A stretch of 26,949 bases of DNA, taken from Octopus sinensis. Taxonomy: Eukaryota. The notes below the pieces were generated by a model that was not told the DNA's origin, ran no database searches, and saw only the letters and a list, made by a program, of their open reading frames with translations. The first letter of the stretch is position 1, and each line of letters opens with the position of its first letter. Made by a program: the position numbers and the translations under genes. Location: assembly GCF_006345805.1 (NCBI RefSeq), contig NW_021834029.1:1-26949 (forward strand), given 5' to 3'. Of the stretch, positions 1 to 10,043 are shown piece by piece.

Positions 1-40
1 ATCAAGGGAGTTATGACTTACATTATATATAAAAGTATAT

Positions 41-343
41 TTTATTTTTCTATGCGCCCTTTTCAAGCCTAGCCAGGCTCATGGGCCCGGCTTCCCGGTT
101 TCTATGGCGTATATGTTCCCCCCAGCTGGACGGGACGCCAGTCCATAGCATCGTTACTCAAGGAACAGGAAGAAAGAGTGAGAGAAAGAGTACAACAGGG
201 GTCGCCACCAACCCCTGCTAGAGCCTCGTGGAGCTTTAGGTGTTCTCGCTCAATAAACACACACAACGCCCGGTCTGGGAATCGAAACCGCGATCCTTCG
301 ACCGCAAGTCCGCTGCTCTAACCACTGGGCCATTGCGCCTCCA
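41..343 (-). mobile_element. tRNA-derived SINE, family A (local name), near full length
   Basis: Minus strand begins TGGAGGCGCAATGGCCCAGTGGTTAGAGCAGCGGAC...GGTTTCGATTCCCAG (Pol III A and B boxes) and ends in an A-rich tail. It aligns by eye over its full length with 22461-22777. Confidence 0.9.
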
Positions 344-644
344 TAAAAAACTATACCTTCCTACAAAATGCTGAATTGATTATGTGTATGAAAGGTAGCG
401 AGATGGGTGACGTTGGTTTATATATGAAGATATACAGATAGCTAAGCTGATAGTAGAAATAAAAGCAGTTAATAGAAGAGAATGAAGGAGAGAGCGGGAA
501 AACTTAACTGTCAATGTGTAGGAAATAAGATCAGTAAATGAAATTAACTCTTTTTCTTTCCCTCCCTCCCTCCTCCACTTCCTTTCTTTCCTTTATCTCT
601 TCCCCCTCTCTTCATTGCCGAATTACTCTGTTACTCACACGCTC

Positions 645-773
<129 letters not shown>

Positions 774-1072
774 TACTTATTCACATCAGGGATTTTACTA
801 TTTGCTGTGCTTAATATAAGGACAAATCTTTCTTTAGGGCTGTAAAAGTCAGATATGATGTTCATAGCTGATGGCGCGTAGCAATGCAGATACGCATGCG
901 TCATACGAATCAATGACGTCATTCACAGCCCAATGTGTTTTCAAGCATGTCGTCTCGGAGGAGTATTTTCTCCCGAGACTATTTCCCCAGCGATACGTCT
1001 CCTCACGTCCGAGTGTACTCGAACATGTTCAATATGACTTTACACGAATGCATACATTCCAACATTCAATTA

Positions 1073-1098
1073 CACATGCGCACACGCACGCACGCGCA

Positions 1099-1135
<37 letters not shown>
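1073..1135. repeat. (CA)n/(CACG)n microsatellite
   Basis: Direct reading. Confidence 0.95.
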
Positions 1136-1137
<2 letters not shown>

Positions 1138-1599
1138 ATCATTTCTCTCTCTAGCATCTGTGTTTCTCGATAGACATGAGGTTTGCTCCACTAGTAAAAG
1201 CTGTGCGGATGTTGGTTTCGCCTGCAATCTCACCTCCTGCCCACCCACAGTTCAGCTTTACTCTGATTGCTACTCAGTATATCTGTCTTCATGACATGTC
1301 TTTATTTGTTTTAATCTGCCGTCAAGACTTCCCATATGTATGTATGTGTGTATACACAGAAACACACACACATATATATACATATTAGCTGTGTTATGCG
1401 ATTAAGCAGTTCAGTAGCATATCATCATTGTCGACATCTTTATCCTCATTGTCATCATACCCGCAACTTCTTCATTCTCGTCACCACCACCACCATCATC
1501 TCATCATCATCATCGCACTCCGACTACCATTGTTTTAAATAAACACGGTTATCGCCATAATTTTTTCGTGATGCCAGCACTAGAAAATTTGTTGTCATG

Positions 1600-2300
1600 T
1601 CTTCAGCATGACCAATGAGTCCTCTCAGCGTTGTTTCCGATTGTTCAATGAAAATGTGACCAAGGAGGTGAACAGAAAAGTGATGACCAAGAAAGCGAAA
1701 GATGATAGACTATGAGTGTGATACAGGAAACTGAATCATGGGAGTGAAAGAATGATGGGTAAAAAAAGTAGTAGCAGAGAGACAATGATAGCTACGTGCC
1801 GGTTCTTGATGAGGAGACTGAATACAAAAGCAACAAGGGCGATGTTATGAGGATAGCAATAAAGATAGATGACGGTAAGAGAGAACAAGTGATGGATAGT
1901 AATAGAGATGAGTATTGATAAGTGAGGTGAGGATGCCAATGAAGAGAGACGTGGCAATAGAGAAAATGATAACCAGCTGTAAAGAGCGGTAATGTTAGAA
2001 GATAATGAGTAGAGATCCGAAAGAATCCTTCGTTACACAGATGCTGTGAATGGAGTGTGGTAGAGTGTTAGAAGCTAACGAAGGAAGAGAGATGGCGTAG
2101 TAAATAGTGATGCTTGAATAACTGAGTTTACACGGACCCAGTGTCACCCTCATTATCAAGTAGTATGGTACACCGAAAGAAAAAGAGAGTGATTTATGGA
2201 TGAGAAGGTAACAAAGAAACCAGTAAGTAGATGGCGACTTAATAGAAATACAATGGCCAAGAGACCCAAATGGAGATATATTATATATCACAACTTCCAT
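1600..2300 (-). pseudogene. Highly decayed Penelope-like element reverse transcriptase fragment (tentative)
   Basis: Minus-strand translation KSLSFSFGVPYYLIMRVTLGPCKLSY resembles the PLE RT segment (NxFxFxxxxYxQxxGVAMGxxxGPSYA). Downstream SF-DL and ASSPHLSI resemble the FLD and SxHP motifs in the expected order. Strong purine/pyrimidine strand skew. Boundaries approximate. Confidence 0.45.
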
Positions 2301-2339
2301 TACCACCACCATTTTACCGACTGGTTGGCCACACCTGAA

Positions 2340-2876
2340 CAGGCGAGGAGGTCTTCTGTAGCACCGCATATCTCCACTCATCGTGATTTTCATATACTTT
2401 GTGAGATTCAGTTTCTTGAGATCAATCGTCACCATTTTGTCACATCTTTTCAGATATATCTTTTCCACTGGTTTCATCCACTTCAATCTTGCAGCAGTTC
2501 CTTATTCAATTGACATCCGCCATACACATCACATATTCTTCATAAACCCAGCTTTCTCTCTTGCACACTAGATATGATTCCTTTTGTAGCCAGCTTTTCT
2601 ATCAATTCATTTACATCCCGTCATTCGTACAAACTAACATTACACATCCAGTGGGTCGTCCGTCACAAATCTTCTGCGTTCAAGCCACTCGTTTCCCTAC
2701 CGCGCACCATCGTACTTCGTACATAAGTATCATAAAATTTATCCTTTACACTGACACAGGAACTTTTTGATACCAGCAGAGGTATCAAAGAATATTTTTC
2801 ATGGCATTCTTACACTAGTTACTATGCTTTCGAAACGCCTATTTCCACTGTTAATTATGTCAGCCGACAATGAAAT
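2340..2876 (-). pseudogene. Decayed 3' part of an RTE-clade LINE ORF
   Basis: Minus-strand segments ADIINSGNRRFESIVTSVRMP*K, LIPLLVSKSSCVSVKDKFYDTYVRSTMVRGRETSGLNAEDL*R and HWMCNVSLYE*RDVNELIEKLATKGIISSVQERKL match the post-RT region of RTE elements (KxxxYxxxVRxxMxxGxETW...RWM...RRLRW). Stops and frameshifts are present. Confidence 0.8.
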
Positions 2877-3252
2877 ACAACGGCGATTAGCATAGCACTA
2901 GCACTATGACCCGACAACGCCGGGTCATAGTGCTAGTGCATGCATATACAGCTGCGTGCGTGCGCACATACACGCGAGTACTGTCCAAATCTCCGACCAA
3001 TCACATACAGCTAGCTGGCATTCAATTGGCGTATCAAGTTTCGGGCATTTTGATTGGGTTTTGGATAGAAAATTCACAAAAAAAGTCACTTCTATTGATT
3101 TTTAATGGCTTTGCAGAGTGACTGGAGAAATGTAAAGATGTGCACGACCACCCTTGGACGGTTTCGAATGACCATAGAAAAAGTGCGAGCCCTCTAACTG
3201 AAAAATTGTGGATTTGTATAAAGGGGACACACACACACACACACATTTTGCT

Positions 3253-3294
<42 letters not shown>

Positions 3295-3321
3295 TTTATT
3301 TAAAGCAGCAGAAAATTCAAC

Positions 3322-3367
3322 AAAATCTGTTATTCTGAGTTTCTCGTTGCCGTTCATCAGACCTTTT
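3322..3367 (-). ncRNA. Inverted copy of the minimal hammerhead-like motif (AUA variant)
   Basis: Minus strand reads CUGAUGAACGGCAACGAGAAACUCAGAAUAACAG. It is identical to the plus copy except GUA>AUA, which weakens stem III. Confidence 0.5.
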
Positions 3368-3404
3368 TTGCTAGAATGGAACCGTATCGGTTCCATTCTA
3401 GCAA

Positions 3405-3450
3405 AAAAGGTCTGATGAACGGCAACGAGAAACTCAGAGTAACAGATTTT
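3405..3450 (+). ncRNA. Minimal type I hammerhead ribozyme-like motif
   Basis: CUGAUGA (3412-3418), stem II ACG-GCAA-CGA (3419-3428, closing pair A.A mismatched), GAAA (3429-3432), near-palindromic stem III ACUC-A-GAGU, GUA cleavage triplet (3439-3441). Stem I is short (GU/AC). Confidence 0.6.
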
Positions 3451-4478
3451 GTTGAATTTTCTGCTGCTTTAAATAAAGCATATTACTCTACCACTGGTAT
3501 TTGAGTACTCTTTTTTCCACCTTGTTTCACATTTATGTGTTTACTCCGGTATATATAGATATATATAGATATTCATGTCCGAATCTACTGAATTTAGTAA
3601 GAATGACTAGATACTTTCTTGTTTAGATTCTCGATGTTTTCCGCGTACCCAATGATAATGATTATCGATTTTGTAGGCATCAACACACATGAGCCAAACA
3701 TTTATTTAATGATTTTTATAAACAAGAAACACTACTCTCGTTTAAGTTTCATTGATCGAGAGCAGCTTTGAATGAAGAAACACATAGAGAGGTCGAATCA
3801 CAGCGGTCCTTCAAAGTCCCCTTACGTCAATGAATATGTGAGTGTTTGGAGGTAAGAGATGGTTTCTAAAGACGCAAAATACAACAGCGGTCAGCATATT
3901 CACTTTTGAATCCGCCAAAACATATTAAGAATGAATAATACATTATTGTTTAGATTCCCGTGGCTTTGAGCGTACAGGATGAATAATTATGCATACATAC
4001 ATATACTCACTACTCACAAACACACACACACACACACACCAACTAATTGCATGCAGTCTTTAAAAGCATTTGTTTCACATGTCCTCTTATTGCTAACTAC
4101 TCCTATATATTGCCAAAGACGAAGCTTGCCCTCTCTGTCAGCCTACCTGTGATCCCGCTACACCTCCTCTGCATGCATAGTTTACGCTAGGTGCACACTA
4201 CAAAAATCTATGTGTATACATATAAACCTATGTGCAAACACATACATACAAATGTACACGTGTTCATACAAATAGATTCATACAAATATGCATCTAAATC
4301 AGCGTGATTGCCAACTGCGGTAAGAGACCACATCCAGCAAAAAATAAAATTTTCCGTGCCGTCACCAGTTTGGCTGTCTGTCAACTCATCATCAAGTATC
4401 TGTGTGCATCTATAAACCAGATCTCTTTATGACTATTTTAATCTCGCATTTTCTTATCTCTGTACATATGTCTGTCTT

Positions 4479-4623
4479 TGGTAAGTAGCTTGCTTACCAA
4501 CCACATGGTTCCGGGTTCAGTCCCACTGCGTGGCACCTTGGGCAAGTGTCTTCTACTATAGCCTTGGGCCGCCCAAAGCCTTGTGAGTGGATTTGGTGGA
4601 CGGAAACTGAAAGAAGCCCGTCG
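4479..4623 (+). mobile_element. SINE family B, 5' half (CORE-like motif)
   Basis: GGTTCAGTCCC B-box-like motif followed by CACCTTGGGCAAGTG (CORE-domain-like). Homologous to 12971-13341, 14540-14673 and 21890-22382. Ends at the family's internal microsatellite. Confidence 0.85.
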
Positions 4624-4629
4624 TATATA

Positions 4630-4692
<63 letters not shown>

Positions 4693-4702
4693 ATATATAT
4701 AT
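4624..4702. repeat. (TA)n tract flanking the LINE 5' end
   Basis: Direct reading. Confidence 0.97.
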
Positions 4703-6476
4703 GCAGAAACAATACTGCTCTATTTTCAGCAATCCTGATATGGCCGATCTGGGCTGTATCAGTGATGTCAACCCCCACACACTATATCGGACATAACGTT
4801 TAGTGCCCCTGATGTCTTAGCGGCGATAAACGAAATAAAACACATTCAGCAGTAGGCCCCGATAGGTTCCCTGCTTGTGTCCTGAAGGTGTGTCGACACC
4901 AACTTGCATCTCCCCTTGCTAATCTGTGGAGAAACTCACTGGATGCTGGCTATATTCCAAAAAACCTTCTGTCCCAGTCTGTTGTCCCAGTTTTCAAAAA
5001 GGGAAACAAGTCCCTTGCAGTGAATTACCGTCCGATCTCACTCACCTCTCATATCATCAAGGTATTTGAGAGGGTGGTGAGATCTCGAATAACCAATTTC
5101 TGGAAAGCAACAGACGGCTGATCTCCAACCAACATGGGTTCCGTAATGGAAGGGACTGCCTAACGCAGCTCCTGCATCACTTTGAGGACATTTTGAGAGC
5201 TTTGGGAGAGGGCTCCAACACCGATGTCATCTACCTTGATTTCAGTAAGGCCTTCGACAGGGTCGATCACAAGATCCTATTGAAAAAACTATCCAACATT
5301 GGTGTCTCTGGAAAGTTACTGAAATGGATTAAGTGTTTCCTGACAGACAGATCTCAACATGTTGTAGTTGAAGGGGTAAAATCAAGCCCAGCCAAAGTCA
5401 GTAGTGGCGTTCCGCAAGGCACTGTGCTGGGCCCACTTCTTTTCATCATTTACATTAATGACATTAATGACATCATCAAGCACAGCAACATAAAAATCTT
5501 TGCAGATGACTCCAAGCTACAGAAGGTCATAAATGAGGCGAGTGACCGGACATGCCTTCAGTCAGATCTACTGGCTGTTATCCAATGGGCAGAAAAAAAC
5601 AATATGCTGCTGAACGAGGATAAATTTGAGCTAATCCACTTTGGAAAAGAGGATGCCCTGAAACTCCCATACTCCCTTCCTTCAGGTGAAACTCTCGCGG
5701 CGTCCAACAACATCAGAGACATGGGAGTAATTGTGGACAACAACGTAAGCTGGGCCACTCATATAAACACCAAAGTTGACATGGCCCGCAGAATGTGTTC
5801 CTGGATTCTCAGAACTTTCCAGTCGAGAGATATCCACACCATTATCCTTCTCTTCTCCACTTTTGCCCGACCCCACCTTGAATACTGTTGTCCACTGTGG
5901 TCTCCCCACACAATACAAGGTATCATAAAAGTTGAAGCACCTCAAAGGGCAATCACAACAAAGATAGATGGCATGACAGGCCTCGACTATTGGGGTCGAC
6001 TAGAAAAGCTAAAACTCTATTCTCTCCAACGTCGTCGTGAGCGCTACATCATCTGCATGATGTGGAAAATATTCCATCAGCATTGCCCAAATGATGTTGG
6101 CATCACCTTTAAGGTACATCCAAGGCTTGGGCCCCGTGCCATCCGCCCAAAACAAAAATCGCACTCTCATCTCATAACAACAATACGGCACAATTATTTC
6201 ACCTCAATTGGCCCCGCTCTCTTTAACATTACACCAAAACACATTAAAACAGAAACTGACTCTATAGGGTTCAAGAAGTCTTTGGACAGATTCCTTCAAG
6301 AAATCCCGGATAAACCCCCTACACCCGGATATGTCTCTGTAAACAATAACTCTCTACTTGAGTGGGCCATAGTGCCAAAATTCTGACTTGAAAGACTTCA
6401 CCAGGTGGTGCTATTAAGTTAGACATGGCCTGGGCCAATAATGGCCGAAACCTATCAAAGTATCAAAGTATCAAAG
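4703..6476 (+). mobile_element. 5'-truncated CR1-type (CR1/L2 group) non-LTR retrotransposon
   Basis: RT-coding sequence from about 4704 to 6386, short 3' UTR with stem-loop GGCCA-ATAA-TGGCC (6433-6446), and an octamer tail (TATCAAAG)x3 at 6453-6476. No endonuclease domain or ORF1. Flanked by (TA)n on both sides. Confidence 0.92.
4704..6386 (+). pseudogene. LINE ORF2 reverse transcriptase domain plus C-terminus, frameshifted (includes ORFs 4888..5121 and 5193..6386)
   Basis: Motifs SAVGPD, VVPVFKKG, NYRPISLTS, NQHGFR, YLDFSKAFD, SGVPQGTVLGPLLF, catalytic IFADD, RPHLEYC and LYSLQRRRER. Frameshifts near 4775, 4840 and 5100. No in-frame stops once these are corrected. Confidence 0.93.
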
Positions 6477-6503
6477 TATATATACATATATATATATATA
6501 TAT

Positions 6504-6540
<37 letters not shown>

Positions 6541-6614
6541 AAGATATGTGTGTGTGTGTGTATATGTATATACACATATATATATGTACATATGTATATA
6601 CACATATATATATA

Positions 6615-6699
<85 letters not shown>

Positions 6700-6723
6700 C
6701 TACACACACACACACACACACAG

Positions 6724-6795
<72 letters not shown>

Positions 6796-6873
6796 ATGTA
6801 TGTATAAATGTATGTACAGACAGACATACATACATACATACATACATACAGACAGACAGACAGACAGACAGAC

Positions 6874-6930
<57 letters not shown>
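6477..6930. repeat. Compound microsatellite (TA)(GATA)(TG)(TA)(CA)(TA)(TACA)(GACA)(GATA)
   Basis: Direct reading. It explains five spurious ORFs. Confidence 0.97.
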
Positions 6931-7583
6931 TTACAGAATATGTACAATCTGAATATTTTTTTCAGTATTTTAACGCCTGTTATTTCGAGCAGTAGTTACA
7001 TTATTACATTGTTATTGTTCCAAATAATCGAATTCAAAAATAAATAATAAAAAAATAAATAAATAAAAAGAGTTATTGGGCCCTGTTTGCACATTGCTTT
7101 CTAAAAAATATATAATCGTCTTGATAATTTTGAAGTGCATATTTCCATAAACACCATCTATTTATCCATCTGCGTTCCCAAACACGCGCGCATGTACGCA
7201 CACATATAAATGGAGAGAGATTAGCAAAATCCTACAAAGGCCAGAGAAAAATGCCTTACGGTATTTAGCGGGATTTTGCATAGGAAATATGCGCTTCCAA
7301 CAAGCCATGAAAAACGAGGACAATCGGACTGTGAATTGCTTTCAATAAACATGGGATAGGATAATGAATGTAATGAATATATGGAGAGCTGCGGTAGAAA
7401 TATATATATACGAATACTTGCTAGCAAGTTGTGGCCTGAAGATATCTTCGCAGCTTAGAAGATATACGGTGTGTGTATTGCCCCCAACTGCCGTGGTGTG
7501 TGCAACTCGAAAATGTCATGCATTTTGTCCAGCTGTTCGACAGTTGGTGTGCAGCGAGCATACCCAAGTAAGTTTATCTTCAC

Positions 7584-7587
7584 CTCT

Positions 7588-7684
<97 letters not shown>

Positions 7685-7701
7685 TATATATATATATATA
7701 T
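7584..7701. repeat. (CT)n(TA)n microsatellite
   Basis: Direct reading. Confidence 0.96.
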
Positions 7702-7969
7702 AGCATGTTATAGTTCAGTCTAAAGGACAGGGTACATGACATTAAAACAAAGTTCGATAAAACAGACGAAGTAACAGTAAAACCTGTTCTGCCATCATAC
7801 AGCTGACGGTTAATTAACATTATTTGTGAGGTTGAGATGTGTGTGTGTGTGTGTGTGTGACTTGCATCAGCCTAATGTTATCTGCTTGCATGGTGAGATA
7901 AATAACGCGATTTGTTATTTTGTTTATCCATCATGCAATTAACATTATTTGTAGTGGTTATGAGTACCT

Positions 7970-7970
<1 letters not shown>

Positions 7971-8010
<40 letters not shown>
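7971..8010. repeat. (CA)n microsatellite
   Basis: Direct reading. Confidence 0.96.
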
Positions 8011-8015
<5 letters not shown>

Positions 8016-8379
8016 CGCACGTACACGCACACTCATATATTGCAACCCACACAAATGATATATGATGTGCTATTATTTCATATATATATATATATATATG
8101 CACACACACAGAGTCATTATACAAATATCAAATGTTTGTTGCATGATGAGAAAACAGGCTTTGTACGATTTTATTTTGATTCTTTCTTGTTTTGTTTTGT
8201 TTTTTTTATACATTGTTTCTTTTCTTTTTCTTTATAAGGTTTTCTAAGCTTTCCAATAGTAGACTTATCAGTTCATTATGCACACTTCTCATATATCAAA
8301 GAATACACGTAGGGTGAGAAGGAAGCTGAAGTATTTTTGGTATTTCGAGACCTTGGTAAGTGATAGTAGAGATATCTCG

Positions 8380-8405
8380 CACAGACACAGACACACACAC
8401 ACACA

Positions 8406-8470
<65 letters not shown>
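8380..8470. repeat. (CA)n microsatellite
   Basis: Direct reading. Confidence 0.96.
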
Positions 8471-8473
<3 letters not shown>

Positions 8474-8823
8474 CATAAACGAAGAAAGTTTGCAGACGGG
8501 CGGAAGTTGTCTGATATTTCTGGACTACATAGTGAGAATTTATTTGCGATGATGCTGTGAATTATTTGATCCCTGAGTGAGAGACCTTGAATCGTTAACC
8601 TGTCGCCCGCTTTAAAGCACCACTACCTGACAATTTGGGTATCCCTAATAGATTGCCACTCTGTTGTCACAAACATTTGGGTCTGGTTTCCGGTTTGCGA
8701 ATGTCCCTTCTTCTTAACGTATAGGGAGTTATACTGTTATTTCTTAATATATGAGGGAGTTATTTCTAACAGTTCAAGCGGTGACTGTGCAGAGGCTTTC
8801 TAGTTATATTTTGTCCATTATTC

Positions 8824-9530
8824 TAATAATGATGATGATGATGATAATGATGATGATGTTGATGATGATGATTTCAACTCTTTGGCTCATGGTTATTAAT
8901 TTCAGAAGAGGGGTTAAGTCGATTACATCGACCCCCAGTGCTCAGTTAGTGGTTATTTTATCGAACCCGAAAGGAAGAAAGGCAAAGTTGACCTCGGCAG
9001 AGTTAGAACTTAGAACGCAAAGACGGACGAAATATTGCTAAGCATAATACTGGCTTCAAATTTTGGCACAAGGCCAGTAATTTCGGGAGAGGGGCCAAGT
9101 TGATTACATCGACCCCAGTGTCCAACTGGTACTTATTTTATTGACCCCAGAAGAATGAAAGACAAAATCGACATCGGCAGAATTTGAACTCTGGACGTAA
9201 AGACGGAAGAAATGCTGGTAAGGATTTTCCCAGGCGTGCTGCTGGTTTCAAATTTTGGCACAAGGCCAACAATTTGGGTGAGGGTGGGGGGTAAGTCGAA
9301 TACATCGATTACAGTACTTGACTGATCCTTATTTTATCGATCCCGAAAGGATGAAAGGCAAACTCAATCTCAGCGAATCAATCGTCTCTAACATAGACAC
9401 AAAATCAGAAATTTAGAGGAAGTGGTTAGTTAGTTCAATCAATACCAGTTAGTGACCGGTATTTTATTTTATCGATTTGAGAAAGACAAAACCAAAGTTT
9501 ATCTCGACGGAATCTGAACTCACTCTGTAA
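8824..9530 (-). mobile_element. Head-to-tail array of four 5'-truncated SINE family C units with an (ATG)n tract at the 3' end
   Basis: Units at about 8872-9043, 9050-9240, 9241-9376 and 9385-9530. Each has AAGTCGATTACATCGACCCCAGT...TTTTATCGACCCCGAAAGGATGAAAGGCAAAGT-like sequence, as at 15019 (+) and 20057 (-). Confidence 0.85.
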
Positions 9531-9579
9531 AGGGCAATAACCCAATATTTACTTCTTTTAGTCTTTTGAGACATATAGA

Positions 9580-10043
9580 ATAATACTTTTAGCATAAGTA
9601 CTATGAAGAGTAGAAGATGGGTGTGATATAAAATGTATACAGTATAAAGAAAACTACATTCCCCTTGGCAAAGAACGAATGAGGAAAAGACGAAATATTT
9701 CGTAAAGTACTAGGATACAATTACCAAGTCAGAAAACCATTAAACAGGTAGATACTGAGAACTTATAAGTACGCATATATATAATAGAGATGAGTAAGTT
9801 AAAGAAGGAAATGGGGCAATATTTTCGAAATGAATACCTCAGAAAGTTAAAATTACTGTTTAAATACAAGCCAAATAATGAAAATAAAACTGCAGCCGTT
9901 CATGCCTAAGTCATATCTCTTTCAACATGTAGAGGAAAGCTATTAAGAGAGAAATAAAGAGAGGGTTCGTCTATATAGGAAAACTCAAAGAGCAATGACT
10001 ATATACGGAGATTTACACTCCCCAAAAAGGTGTTGTCTGTAAG
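9580..10043 (+). pseudogene. Decayed R4/Dong-like non-LTR retrotransposon ORF, segment 1
   Basis: IQLPSQKTIKQVDTE...YKY, NEYLRKLKLLFKYKPNNENKTAAVHA*VISL and [15 protein letters not shown] match the post-RT motifs (YKYLG, EYxxRxxxxLKSKLNxxNKxxAINTWA, TRKxxTxxxxxHPKS) of R4/Dong-type elements. Confidence 0.7.

Larger units (their letters stand above)
3293..3549 (+). mobile_element. Penelope-like element pseudo-LTR fragment with an inverted partial duplicate
   Basis: Inverted repeat 3294-3384/3388-3478, hammerhead-like core, AATAAA at 3472-3477 followed by a U/GU-rich tract, and (TA)n on both sides. Inverted pLTR copies and minimal hammerheads are established PLE traits. Confidence 0.7.
2898..3559 (-). 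mobile_element. Non-autonomous Helitron-like element (about 400 bp of own sequence, interrupted by a PLE fragment)
   Basis: On the minus strand: A|TCTATATAT... 5' end at 3559 (alternatively 3569), then (TA)n-AACAGCAAAAT-(GT)n-CCCC. The 3' end is a GC hairpin GACCCGGCGTTGTCGGGTC followed by ATAGTG-CTAG|T at 2901-2898. This is the TC...hairpin-CTAG layout at an AT target. Confidence 0.7.

Noticed and set aside
1995-2486. 163-aa minus-strand ORF
   Set aside because: It spans the junction of two decayed retroelements and is largely out of frame with the RTE. It is not a gene.
3294-3478. Interpretation of the palindrome as a MITE or pre-miRNA
   Set aside because: One arm continues asymmetrically to 3549 with a poly(A) signal and holds a hammerhead-like core, which fits an inverted PLE pLTR better. 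The stem is also too long and too perfect for a canonical pre-miRNA.
5558-6191. Three antisense ORFs within the RT
   Set aside because: Shadow ORFs of the LINE coding strand.
7454-7567. Possible 114-nt Cys-rich exon (cag|...CAA|gtaagt, open frame LRRYTVC...SEHTQ)
   Set aside because: Good donor but weak polypyrimidine tract, no recognisable domain and no partner exons. It needs RNA-seq support.
8824-9530. Repeat array superficially like a CRISPR array or satellite
   Set aside because: Eukaryotic context. The units are diverged SINE copies without unique spacers, and there are no cas genes.
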